Assembly (NCBI GenBank): GCA_965219385.1
Contig: CBDCNM010000002.1
Span: 2,474,936 to 2,538,935, forward strand
Direction of reading: 5' to 3'
Length of the DNA: 64,000 nt
Origin: Candidatus Latescibacterota bacterium
Lineage (GTDB): Bacteria > Latescibacterota > UBA2968 > UBA8231
Position numbers and translations under genes: made by a program. This document shows positions 53,507 through 64,000 of this stretch, in pieces. How positions within the stretch are numbered: the first letter of the stretch is position 1; each line of letters starts with the position of its first letter. The notes under the pieces are model-generated. The model searched no databases. It saw only the letters and a program-made list of their open reading frames with translations, and was not told the DNA's origin.

Positions 53507-53630
53507 GTTAATTTTATAATATCATTATTTACAGCGGTTTGTACTAATATCCCCTTCCTCTTCTCACTATTTTTTGCTTTTCAAGCCCCTGCCCCTCTCG
53601 CCTCGTTATATTTTTTCTAACAGATAGCCA

Positions 53631-53705
53631 CCGATTACGACCGATTACAGCCGGTAAAGACCGGTATTTCTACGTTACATTTCACGTTACATTTCACGTT
53701 ACATT
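53631..53705. repeat. Direct-repeat clusters, possible integrase arm-type sites
   Basis: Four 10-bp CCG[AG]T units, then ACGTTACATTTC x2 plus ACGTTACATT. Confidence 0.7.
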
Positions 53706-53759
53706 GGCCGCCGGTTCGCTTGCCAGCGGGTCTAACCAATCCTTCGCAGGAGTCCTTTC

Positions 53760-54998
53760 ATGCCCACTACCAGCCCTTTCAGGCAGCGCAATTGCTGGCG
53801 CGTCGACTATTCAGTCACCCTCTACAAGCGGAAAAAGCGCAAGACAAAATACGCCAAGACCAAGTCCGAGGCCAACCTGCTGGCCACCCAGCTGTCCAGG
53901 GTAGAGGAAGGAACGCGTACCGGCCTGGCTGCTCAAAGGGATATCGAAGAATGGATCAGTCGCAAGTGGCTCACCGAAGAGGAGGCCCAACAAGCCTTTA
54001 TCGGCTACGCGGAATCGGCACAACGCGCCCAGATGGCCAGTAAAAACCAAACCGATTACGAACGCCTCTTGCTGGCCTATGGGCAATACCTGGAAGAAAA
54101 CACCAAGCAGGGAATCAAGCGCAAGAATTTCCGCACCGCCATGGGCCGCGCTATGCAAGTGGTAGGCTGGCTGGAGGAGGAGGAGGTTCCCAATCTGCCG
54201 GCGCTAAAAATGGAACACGTACAAGCGTACCGTACCCACTTGCGCGACCAGGGGTACGCTCCGTGGACCGTGTTCCACCATATGACGGCCCTGCGCATCC
54301 TCATCGACCAGGCTATGCACCTGGGTATGATCTATGAAAATCCGGCGCGCCAGGTCAGCTTGAAACAGCCTAAAAAAATCGAGGATCGCCGCATCCTGAA
54401 CAAAGAGGAGATTCAATGGCTGCTCGATATCTCCCTGTGCTATCGGCAGTGGATCAATGGCGGTATCCCCACCCTAGTCCGACTGGGCTTATATGCCGGT
54501 TTGCGCAACCAGGAGATGTGCTGGTTGAAGTGGGATTGCATCGACTGGGACCGGCGCTTCATCACCATCAACGAATCGGTATGTGAGGTGACCGGCGAGG
54601 TGTGGACTCCCAAGGATCACGAGCTGCGCCGGCTGGACATCAAACAAGCCTGTATGGATTTTCTGCACGAAGAAAAGGAAAGGCAGGAGCAAGAGGATTT
54701 ACTGGGTCCCTTTGTGTTGCCTGGAGGAGGCCGTAAAAGACCTGGTTTCAGGGTAAAGCCTTTATCACAGGATGCCCCCCAGAAGGCGCTGTTGAAAATG
54801 CTGGCTGCCGAAGGGAAGCAGGATTCGGATATAACGGTGTACAGTCTCAGGCACACCTACGCCACCATGGCCTTGCGCAGCGGTGTCGACTTACGCACCC
54901 TGCAGAAGAGGATGGGGCATAGCGACCTCAAGATAACTATGGAATACCTCCACTACATCGAGCCCGAGGAACATCCAATGGATAAATTGCCATATTGA
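53760..54998 (+). CDS. Tyrosine recombinase/integrase
   Basis: AGLRNQE, YSLRHTYAT, MGHSDLKITMEY; lies next to tRNA-Asp. Confidence 0.93.
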   Translation: MPTTSPFRQRNCWRVDYSVTLYKRKKRKTKYAKTKSEANLLATQLSRVEEGTRTGLAAQRDIEEWISRKWLTEEEAQQAFIGYAESAQRAQMASKNQTDYERLLLAYGQYLEENTKQGIKRKNFRTAMGRAMQVVGWLEEEEVPNLPALKMEHVQAYRTHLRDQGYAPWTVFHHMTALRILIDQAMHLGMIYENPARQVSLKQPKKIEDRRILNKEEIQWLLDISLCYRQWINGGIPTLVRLGLYAGLRNQEMCWLKWDCIDWDRRFITINESVCEVTGEVWTPKDHELRRLDIKQACMDFLHEEKERQEQEDLLGPFVLPGGGRKRPGFRVKPLSQDAPQKALLKMLAAEGKQDSDITVYSLRHTYATMALRSGVDLRTLQKRMGHSDLKITMEYLHYIEPEEHPMDKLPY

Positions 54999-55114
54999 GT
55001 GGTAGATCTTTCCTCATTATCTATTTGACGTTTAATGCTTTATAGCCGGCTGTACCTTTCTTATCTTGGGAGCTGAGGGAAAATCGTACCATCCTATTTC
55101 TTAGCAGAACGGGT

Positions 55115-57786
55115 ATGTCAACGACCCTTTGGCTCCGCCTCCGCCGAACAGTTCCTATCTCTTCGTGGTCTTTGTCCCTGCTCCTGCTGGGCCTGTCTTT
55201 ACCGGCAGAGGCTCACAACGGTACGGTGGCTCTGGCCTATCCAATGGAGAGGATTACCGTCGATGAAAGTCTGTCGGACTGGCCGGAAGATATAAGACGG
55301 TATCCTCTTTCCCATCCAGTCCCTGGAGAAAAGCCGAGGGATGGAGAGGATTATCAAGGGGCTTTCTGCATCGGCTATAGCGAGCAGGAAAATGTGCTGT
55401 ACATTGGGGTAGAAGTGCTGGATGCGTCTGTAGGGGTTGATGCGCAAGAAGACATCGGACGGTATATCCTGGGTGGATGCCACGTGAAAGTAGATCTGGA
55501 GCACCGGGTGCCGGAATCACTCTATGCAGAGTATACCATGCAAAAAGGGCATCGCTCTATGAGTGGATCGGCCCGAGGGTTGGCTATGAAGGTGGAGGAG
55601 GGACGCCAGGATGACCGACACGTTTTCGAGTGGCGGATTGCGAGTGGTGACACCTTCCGTTTTCATTCGGAGAAGACGTTGGGTGTGAATGTGAGTGTAG
55701 AGGTCCGAGCCGAAGAAGACTTTCCCTGGAGTACGTGGGGCGGTCGGACCTCCCTGGGGGATGTGGTATTGATGAGAGAGGCTACCGGCACCGGGCGGCT
55801 TCAGGGCAAGGTGAGCTGGGCAGGTCTGGATAACGCGGTGGCGCGAGGCAAGGTGTGGATTCAATCGTCCACCGCAGAAGAAGTAGGGGTGCAAGCCTTG
55901 ACCGATCAACAGGGGACCTTTGGGGTGGAACTGCCCGCAGGGAAATACACCCTGAAGGTGGAAAGCCCTGGACGTGGGGCAAAAGAAGAAGTAGTGGCAG
56001 AGGTACAGGAAGGCCGTGCAGAGGTCGTGGCGTTGAAGGTAGCAATGTCCCCAGGGTTGGTGGCAGGCGTCGGGAAAGGGAAGAGGGTGAAGGCCGGGGG
56101 CGGGATTCGGCACGGCTTGTGGCAGAGTTTGGGCGTCCCCGACGGTCTGCCTTCGGGCGGCATACGCGCTATTCTACAAGATCAGAGGGGCTATCTGTGG
56201 TTTGCTACGGATGGGGGCGTGAGCCGGTATGATGGAGAGGGATTTGTTACTTTTACGACCGAAGATGGGTTGGCCGGCCGGTACGTGTGGTCTATGCTGG
56301 AGGATCGCGAGGGCCGGTTGTGGTTTGGCAGCCAGGACGGAGGGGTGAGCCGGTATGATGGGCAATCCTGGACCACCTTCACCCAGGCAGACGGGCTGGC
56401 CAGCAATGCCCCGACGTCGATTTTACAGGATCGGGCCGGCCATGTATGGTTTGGTACGTATGACGGAGGGGTGAGCCGGTATGACGGCCGTAGCTTCCAG
56501 ACGCTGACCCGGCAGGATGGGCCTGGCCAGCGATAGGGTCTGGGGGATTACGCAAGACGAGACGGGGCGGTACTGGTTTGCTACAAGCCAGGGGGTGACC
56601 CGGTATACGCCCCCTGAGCCGGCGCCGCCACCGGTGTTTATCGATGCGGTCGTTGCGGATCGTCGCTATGAAGGGGTAGGGCAGGTGGACGTGGCCTCGG
56701 ATGTGGACCTGATCACCTTTGAATTCAGGGGGATCAGTTTCAGGACCCGACCGGAGGCTCTGCTCTATCGCTACCGGCTGCAGGGCTGGCTGGAGGGCTA
56801 AGATAAGGCGTGGAAAACAACTCATAACCGCTGGGTGGAGTACGAAGACCTCCCGGTGGGTACATACACCTTTTTGGTATGGGCCGTGGACCGGGACTTG
56901 GTCTATTCAACGCCGCCCGTGGCCGTAGGCATAACCATTAACCCCCTGTTTGCCGATCTTGGTCTGGCCAGTAAGGTGGGACTGGCCCTGGTCGGCCTGC
57001 TGGCGATTTCGGGCTGGGCGGTCAAGAAGCGCCGGGCTCTGTTTGTCGAAATGGAACAGGAACTCAAGATGGCCCACGATCTGCAAATGGGGCTGATGCC
57101 CACCCAGCGACCCCAACTGGCCGGGTTCGATCTGGCCGGCCAATGCCGGCCGGCCCACCATGTTGGGGGCGATTTCTATCAGTATTTCTCCAAGCAGGGC
57201 AGCCTATCGGTTGTACTGGCCGATGTGACCGGCCACGCCATGGAGGCGGCTATTCCCGTGGTGATGTTCAGTGGGCTGCTCGAAAGCCAGATGGAGTCGG
57301 GCGGATTCATGGAGGATCTTTTCGGCCGGCTGAACCGCTCGTTGTACCGCGCCCTGGACAAATACACCTATGTCTCTTTTGCCATGGGAGAACTCACCCC
57401 TGGGACGCGCGCCTTGCGGTCGTTGAGCTGCGGCTGCCCCTATCCGCTCCATTTCCAGGCGGAACGCGGCGAGGTGGTGGTCCTGGCCATGAGTGCGTAT
57501 CCTTTGGGCATCCGACCGGAGGCGACCTACCAGGCCCTGGAGATCCCGCTGGATCCGGGCGACCGGGTGGTTTTCTGCTCGGACGGGATGGTCGAAGCGG
57601 GCAATGCCGCCGGGGGGCTCTTTGGCTTCGAGCGGATGGCAGAGGCGGTGCGCAGCGGCTGTCTGGAGGGACTGCCGGCCTCGGGCCTGGTGGAGGCGGC
57701 TCTTCGAAGAGGTGAGTGTCTTTGCCGGCGAGGCGCCGCAGGAAGACGACCAGACGGTGGTGGTGCTACAGGTCGAGAGTGGGTGA
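55115..57786 (+). pseudogene. Sensor with Reg_prop propeller repeats, a Y_Y_Y domain, a TM helix and a SpoIIE/PP2C phosphatase; three lesions
   Basis: Frameshift near 56520, in-frame TAA at 56799-56801, frameshift near 57700; VGGDFY, ADVTGH, CSDG and DDQT motifs. Confidence 0.8.
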
Positions 57787-57793
57787 GGTTGCC

Positions 57794-58222
57794 ATGGCGC
57801 CGGACCGCGGGCATAGGGTAGCAATCAGCATTCCGAGCATCCTCGGCTACGAGGAGATCGTCACGGCTGTGGCCTCCGGGCTGGCCGAGCAAATAGACTT
57901 TCCCGAGGAGCGGATCCCCAAACTGCGTTCGGCGGTCTCCGAAGCCTGTGCCAACGCCATCGAGCACGGCAATAAACAGGATCCTTCGGTGCCGGTGAAT
58001 GTGACCTATGATCCATCCCGGTTACAGATCGACCTTATAGACCAGGGGCCCGGTCTGAAGGAGATGCCGAAGAAGCCCGATCGGGCCGCCCAGTTGGCGC
58101 GCAAGGAGAGCCCGAGGGGGTGGGGGATCTTTCTGATCAAGCACATGGTGGATGAGTTGAGCTTTGCGCCCGGGGCCGACGGCGGCCATGTGACGCGTCT
58201 TATCTTTCACCTCGAAACGTAG
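57794..58222 (+). CDS. RsbW-like anti-sigma factor kinase
   Basis: SEACANAIEHG, DQGPG, RGWGIFLI. Confidence 0.88.
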   Translation: MAPDRGHRVAISIPSILGYEEIVTAVASGLAEQIDFPEERIPKLRSAVSEACANAIEHGNKQDPSVPVNVTYDPSRLQIDLIDQGPGLKEMPKKPDRAAQLARKESPRGWGIFLIKHMVDELSFAPGADGGHVTRLIFHLET

Positions 58223-58234
58223 AAGCAACCTGCT

Positions 58235-58579
58235 ATGGCTTCCCGAACCAAGGTCCGCGTGAAGGTGGTGGACGGGGTGGCGGTGATCGCCATCCAGGGG
58301 CATCTGACCAGGGATGCCGTCCAGGTGCTCGAGCAGGCCTTTGCAGCGGCCTCCAAAACGGGCACGGGCAAGATTCTGTTGACGTTCCGGGCGGAGGATG
58401 AGCTCAAAAGCGCCGGGATCGCCGTGCTGGCCGTGCAGATCACGGAGAGCCAGGCCCGGGGCGAAACGGTGCGCATCGCCCATCCCTCGGCGCATGCTCG
58501 TTGGACCTTCGAGCTTATGGGCGTGAGCCAGGACGTAGCGCTCTTTCCCTCGGTCGAGGCGGCACTCGCAGGCTTTTAG
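58235..58579 (+). CDS. STAS-domain anti-anti-sigma factor (RsbV-like)
   Basis: 114 aa, KSAGIAVL phospho-Ser loop, FELMG. Confidence 0.8.
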   Translation: MASRTKVRVKVVDGVAVIAIQGHLTRDAVQVLEQAFAAASKTGTGKILLTFRAEDELKSAGIAVLAVQITESQARGETVRIAHPSAHARWTFELMGVSQDVALFPSVEAALAGF

Positions 58580-58623
58580 CCGGGCTGCGGATCGGGAGAG
58601 GACGGATCCCAGGAGGTGGTACC

Positions 58624-59495
58624 ATGACCGGCCAGGACCGGTTTTCCCACACAGAAAGGGCGTTGCGGCTGCGGTTGCTGCACCTGGAGGCGCTGTACGA
58701 TGTGGTCCGCGATATCACGCCGTTGCAAGACGTGCGCACGATGTTCGAGGTGGCGACCCTGTCCATGGCCGGTGCCTTTGGCACGCCCGGTTTGCCGCTC
58801 TGCTCAAGGAGCGCGGCGCCCCTCGAACCGAGATCGTCTTTGCCATGGGCTTGCCGCTGCCGGCGCGCGCTACTTTGGAAGGGGTGGATCTGGAGGGACT
58901 CCAGGGGGCCGGGGAAGAAGAGGCGCCCCGCTTACTGGGCGAGGAAAAGACCGCTCGGTGGACGAGGCCTTGCGGCAGGTGGGGCTGGAGGTGTGGGTGC
59001 CGTTCCAGGTGGAAGAGGGCGTGATCGGCGGGGTGTGTTTGGGCCGGCGGCTGACGGGTGCTCCTTACGGCGAAGACGACCTGCATCTGCTCGAGACCAT
59101 GCGCATGAGTGTGCAACAGGGTTTGCACAACGCTTATCTCTACGAGGCCCTGCAACAGGCCAATGCCGGGCTGGCGCAGCAGAATCAAAACCTGGAGGAA
59201 CGGGTCCAGGCCGGCACCCAGGCCCTCTCCACGGTCGGGCAGGACGGGTTGGCCGACGAGTTTATCGGCGACAGTGCGGCGTTGAAACAGGTGCAGGCCC
59301 TTTTGGCCCGGGTGGCGCCGACGGATCTGACCGTGCTGATTCTGGGCGAGACCGGCACGGGCAAGGGCGTGGCCGCCCGCACCGTGCACCAGCTGAGCCT
59401 CCGGCAGGGCAAGCCCTTTGTCCCGGTCAATTGCGGCGCCATCCCCAGGGAGTTGGTGGAAAGCGAGTGGTTCGGGCACGAGCGGGACGCCTTTA
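58624..59495 (+). pseudogene. GAF plus sigma54 AAA+ activator, frameshifted and truncated
   Basis: VLILGETGTGKG, FVPVNCGAIP, ESEWFGHE; AAA domain ends at the GAFTGA loop. Confidence 0.8.
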
Positions 59496-59638
59496 CCAGC
59501 GCCGACGGGTTGGCGGCCAACCACGTGCAGACACTGTTGGAAGACCGGAAAGGGCAGGTGTGGTGCGGGAGCTGGGGGGAGGGGGTGAGTCGTTACGACG
59601 GCAAAGTGTGGGAGACCTTCACCACTGCCGACGGCTTA

Positions 59639-60895
59639 GTACAGCGTTTCATAAATATAGTGACGTATTTGTCAACCGATAGGATATGGGTATATTTGAC
59701 CAAAAGGGAAGGTCAAATATGCCGAGGAAAAGTCCGTATTCGATTGTCCTGGCGGCCGAAGAGCGAGCACGGGTCGAATCATGGGCGCGAAGATATACGT
59801 CACCGTATTTTCACGTGATCCGCGCCAAGATTGTCTTGCTGGCCGCGGATGGATTGAGTACCAAAAAGATCGCTGAGCGCCTCGATAGCCCGCGGCCAAT
59901 CGTCAGCAAATGGCGCCAGCGCTTTCACGAGCAGCGCTTGGCTGGCATGGAAGATGCGCCACGATCCGGACGTCCTCCGGGTTTTCCCCCCTCCGGTCGT
60001 CGTTCAGGTTAAAGCGTTGGCCTGTCAACTGCCTTGTGAAAGCGGCGTCCCGCTTTCTCGTTTCAGTAGCGCGGAGAGTGCCGCCGAGATCGTCAACCGA
60101 GGCATCGTAGCCCACAGCAGCGGGACTACTGTATGGCGATGGCTCCACGAGGATGCCTTGCGGCCTTGGTACCACCGTTCCTGGATTTTCCCGCGCGACC
60201 CGGACTTTCAACAAAAGGCCGGGCGGGTATTGGACCTGTATCATCGCACGTGGCAAGGCCGCCCTCTGTTGCCAGACGAATACGTCGTGTGCGCCGACGA
60301 GAAGACCAGCATCCAGGCTCGCGTTCGCTTACAGGCCACGCCGGCCGCCCAGTCGGGCAAAGCCATGCGCGTTGAGCATGAATATGAACGCGGTGGGGCC
60401 CTGGCCTTGCGGCCTGGGACGTCCACCATGCGCGCCTGTTCGGACGCTGTGAGCCCCAAACGGGCATCCAGGCGTTCGATCAACTGGTGGCCGAAATCAT
60501 GGAGCAGGCGCCCTATGGCCATGCCCGGCGCGTCTTCCTCATAATGGACAACGGTTCGGCCCACCGCGGTGAAGCGTCGGTGCGACGGCTGCAGGGTAAA
60601 TGGCCCACGATACAGCCGGTTCACTTGCCGGTACATGCCAGTTGGCTCAACCAGATCGAGATTTACCGGTCTATCGTCCAACGCAAAGTCCTTACGCCTA
60701 ATGATTTCGAGTCCATTGTTCATCTGGAGGATCGCTTGCTGGCTTTCCAAGACCGCTACCAAAGTGTCGCCCAGCCCTTTGAATGGAAATTCACCCGTCG
60801 TGATCTCAACAAGCTCCTTCAGTGCTTGTCAACGGATGCCGAATCAATGAGAATCGCGGCCTAAAATACGTCACTATATTTATGAAACGCTGTAC
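59639..60895 (+). mobile_element. IS630-family insertion sequence
   Basis: Perfect 32-bp IRs GTACAGCGTTTCATAAATATAGTGACGTATTT; (T)TA duplicated. Confidence 0.92.
59719..60864 (+). pseudogene. IS630 transposase split over three frames
   Basis: RAKIVLLAADG, PRSGRP, CADEKTSIQA, IMDNGSAH, SWLNQIE; shifts near 59985 (TTTTCCCCC) and near 60408. Confidence 0.85.
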
Positions 60896-61418
60896 TTAGC
60901 GTCCAACATGGTCAGTGCTCTCTTGGAAGACTGGCAGGGCCATCTGTGGTTTGGCACAGGAAACGACGAGTATCGCCAGACAGGGGCGGGACTGAGCCGC
61001 TACGATGGCCACAACTGGACCACCTATACCACTGCCGATGGATTGGCCAGTGCCACCGTCTCGTCCTTGGTGGAAGACGGCCAAGGCAGACTGTGGGTGG
61101 GCACCGACCAGGGCCAGGGCATCTGCCAGTTTGACGGCACCCGCTTTGCTCCGGTCGATGCCCTGGGATCGGAATCCATTGAGACCAATACCATCGCTGC
61201 AGATGGGCAAGGCCACCTGTGGTTCGGCGTGGTTTCTAAGGGCGTTCGCTGCTTCGATGGAGCCCACTGTAAGGCCTACACCGTGGCCGATGGGCTGGCC
61301 AACGATCAAGTGTAGGCGATAGATAGATGATAGATGAAGTGATAGATAGAATGATATGCAAAGATAGGCGCATATAGCTAGCTACGCTACTTCTACATGG
61401 ATAGCCTGGAGGCCAGGA

Positions 61419-62045
61419 TTATAGCGGCAAACTGCCCTTGCGCAAAGAGTTGTTCCCGCAGGAACTCTTCGGTTTTGGCCGTATCCTTGGGGCGCTGCTG
61501 AAATAGTTCTTGGCTGAGGGGCTAGCGAACGTAATGGCCTCCCCCTGCTGAAACATCAACCCCGGCCCTGCGGCTCTCTGGGCCGCATTGACCGCCCCTT
61601 CGGCCATCCAACGCTGCCCCACTCCCTGCAGACCCGGTCCCCAGGCCCCCGAAGCCATCGCACCCCCGAGCCCCATGCGCACCTTGTCGACAAATGACGA
61701 ACGCGCATAGGCGTCCAGTGCCCCTTTGTTGGTCAACAGGTCGATGGTGTCGGAAAACGCCGTGAATACCGTGACCAGCTTGTTCGAGATGCCTAACGCT
61801 TCGTCTAGCTTGCCGACAAAGCGCGTCAGGGAGTTGGTCACCCCGGTCCAGCCCTGCGTGAGGGTGCTGCTGGTCTTCTGGAACTCTTCGTTGATGCGAG
61901 GAGCTTGTTCGAGGAGAGCTTAAACCAGAATCTCTGATGTCAGACGACCCTGCGCGGCAAACGCACGCAATTGGCCGGCAGCGATGCCCAAGGATTCTGT
62001 CAGCGCTTCGGTCAACCGGGGAGCCTGCTCTAAGACCGACCGTAG
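61419..62045 (-). pseudogene. Phage tail tape-measure domain fragment
   Basis: RSVLEQAPRLTEAL..SLG...GQLRAFAAQGRLTSE, in-frame TAA at 61920-61922, continuing ALLEQAPRINEEF...TNSLTRFVGKLD. Confidence 0.7.
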
Positions 62046-62206
62046 ACGGTGGTATGTCCATAGCGATAGCCCATCGAATCCAAGGCCATTTTCACCCGGT
62101 AGTGTCCCAGTAGCGGATTGTTGTCCAGCAATTGGAAGATCTCCATCATCACTTGGACCGATATCCGCGTGGTAATTGGCGTGGTGACACGCTGACGGGT
62201 GGTCAA

Positions 62207-62247
62207 ACGAAGTGCGGCTAGGCCCCAATCCCACCGATGAAGCCGTA
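62207..62247. repeat. 41-bp direct copy of 62627-62667
   Basis: 40/41 identical, offset 420 bp. Confidence 0.9.
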
Positions 62248-62442
62248 TTATAGAAGGGGATATGCTTGAGCTGACGCCTCTGGACTATGCGCTGAGGCTG
62301 CTGAATCGTCCCTCCTACTTCCGTGAAACCGTCGGCCAGGATATGCAATACATAGAAGCGATTGATTTCCTTCGAGCAGCTTAAATTGCCCGCCAGGTTG
62401 ATCAGGCTGATGTGGACCGCCAGCAAAGGATTGAGGACGGCC

Positions 62443-64000
62443 TCAGAACACAATATGCGATACGGACTTGGAGATCAAAGCCAGGGCGATGGAACTCATG
62501 CCCACCAGGCCGATGCCGCAGGAGTAACCGGCCAGCAGGATCGGAGTGTACACCCGCCAGCGCTGCTCGCCAAAGCGGCGCTGGAAGTAGAAGCGGCCCA
62601 GTACGGCTCCGGCGAAGTTGAGCAGCACGAAGTGCGGCCAGGCCCCAATCCCACCGATGAAGCCGTAGAACACGGCGATGGGGGCTTTGAAGAAGGCCAG
62701 AAGTCCCAAAATGCCGCAACTGCCCACAAAGCCGGTCAGGATGTAGTCCCAGCGGATGATACGGGTGATCAGCATATTGCCGGCTGCTTCGGGCAGGGTG
62801 GACTTGGCCCAGAAGGTCTGCATGGTGGCGTAGAAAGGCCAGAATTTCTGCACGAAGGGGTAGCTCGACGAGGGGATGGGACCCAGCTTCCAGATGAAGG
62901 ACCAGAACAGGAAGGAGCAGACGAACATGATCAGCAAGGAGACCCCGGCCAGCTTGACAATGCTGCCGAAGCGGGTGCGAGTCAGCTCCAACTGCTTGAA
63001 GGCCGCCGCTTCGAAACCCCACTGGAACAGAGGCACCGGCGCAAACCACACGGCCGCGCCCTGGTACCCGGACAGGTAGAAGGAGCCCTCGCGCAGATAG
63101 GGAAAGGAGACCCCCTGGGGACTGCCGGTCAGGCCGATCATACGGGCGCCGATATAGGAATTGATCGGCGTCCAGACAAAGCCGAAAAAGGCGCTGATCC
63201 ACCAGGGGAATTCAGGGACCAGGTAGTAGACCAGCCACACGAAACCAGCTGTGCTCACCGCCCAGATACCCAGCGCCAGAGGGAGAGGGATATCCCCGCG
63301 CCCCTCGGCAATCTCTCCCTCCTGCCGAACCCCGCGCAGCCTGTACATAGTGCTCCCTACCATCCAGAAACCCATCAGCGCCACCAGAATGGCCCCGCCG
63401 ATGGAGAAGCTCAACCAGAAGTCGAAGGAATTGGCGATCTGAGTCGGGAAGGTGGACATGCCCGGCTCCCAGGTATAGAGCACCCCCACGCGGTAGAGCA
63501 GCGGATTGGCGATCAGGTTGACAAGCATCGCCGCGGCAAAGCTGCCCACCACGATCCAGAACGGCAGCACAAAGCCGATGAGCAGGTGGCCCAGGTCCGT
63601 GCCCACGCCCATGATGCCGGCCGGAATCAGCTCCTTCATGGACACGGTCAGATCGATGAAGGGGATGGGCAGAAGGGTTATCGTCTGGGTCAGGAAGATG
63701 CCGGAGATGGTCGGGATGGCCACATAAAACAAGCCCCAGACAATGCCGATGAAGCCGCCGATGCTGAAGATCTCCCAGCGCCAGCCCTCGCGCTGCTGCG
63801 AACTTTCGGCCAGGGCCGTGGCCCCTCCGGCGTGGACCGAGGCCATTGGGTAGGGCAGGCGCTCGATATCGTTGGTGACGCGGAAGAGCACATAGCCCAG
63901 GGACAGGCTGTTGATTTTCTGCATGACGATAACCACCAGCAGCAGGACGATGGGCTTGAACCAGGCCGGGTGCAGAAAACTGCGCTGCATCAGGGCGGGC
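62443..64000 (-). CDS. OPT-like multi-pass peptide transporter, 5'-partial
   Basis: Many TM helices, DIERLPYPMA, LGPIPSSSYP; frame is open to the window edge. Confidence 0.65.
   Translation of the reverse strand, partial: PALMQRSFLHPAWFKPIVLLLVVIVMQKINSLSLGYVLFRVTNDIERLPYPMASVHAGGATALAESSQQREGWRWEIFSIGGFIGIVWGLFYVAIPTISGIFLTQTITLLPIPFIDLTVSMKELIPAGIMGVGTDLGHLLIGFVLPFWIVVGSFAAAMLVNLIANPLLYRVGVLYTWEPGMSTFPTQIANSFDFWLSFSIGGAILVALMGFWMVGSTMYRLRGVRQEGEIAEGRGDIPLPLALGIWAVSTAGFVWLVYYLVPEFPWWISAFFGFVWTPINSYIGARMIGLTGSPQGVSFPYLREGSFYLSGYQGAAVWFAPVPLFQWGFEAAAFKQLELTRTRFGSIVKLAGVSLLIMFVCSFLFWSFIWKLGPIPSSSYPFVQKFWPFYATMQTFWAKSTLPEAAGNMLITRIIRWDYILTGFVGSCGILGLLAFFKAPIAVFYGFIGGIGAWPHFVLLNFAGAVLGRFYFQRRFGEQRWRVYTPILLAGYSCGIGLVGMSSIALALISKSVSHIVF

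Larger units (their letters stand above)
59496..61315 (+). pseudogene. Reg_prop propeller gene fragment interrupted by IS630
   Basis: ADGL...EDxxGxLWFG repeats on both sides of the IS; frame is restored on removing the IS; ends at TAG 61313-61315. Confidence 0.75.

Noticed and set aside
56210..56490. GGGGTGAGCCGGTATGA-like repeats at about 126-bp spacing as a CRISPR-like array
   Set aside because: They are the coding GVSRYDG repeats of the propeller domain
62389..62395. CCCGCCA as attR of the tRNA-Asp island
   Set aside because: Only 7 bp in GC-rich DNA, expected by chance

Overview
GC-rich bacterial chromosomal window. SprA, LptFG and the general gene content suggest an FCB-group diderm such as a Latescibacterota-like lineage; this is inference. 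Most of the window is housekeeping and envelope genes (murA, anmK, an M16C peptidase, feoAB, dprA, obgE, coaD, lptFG, a LysM amidase, larE, def) plus tRNA-Phe and tRNA-Asp. Notable items: (1) an archaeal-type topoisomerase VI pair (top6B-top6A) that, before two stacked IS insertions, sat directly upstream of a flavoprotein resembling animal OSGIN; (2) a family of small TIR elements whose right end supplies TAG stop codons; (3) a porin, a flavinylation-motif protein and a His-rich membrane protein divergent from feoAB across DtxR-like boxes; (4) a tightly packed sprA-comEA-pilM-like-pilN/O-like-coaD-obgE-dprA run; (5) five tandem copies of the tRNA-Phe 3' end; (6) a decaying integrase island at tRNA-Asp carrying a partner-switching module, IS630, a phage tape-measure remnant and a 41-bp copy of the neighbouring gene. 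All calls come from reading motifs by eye; no searches were run.
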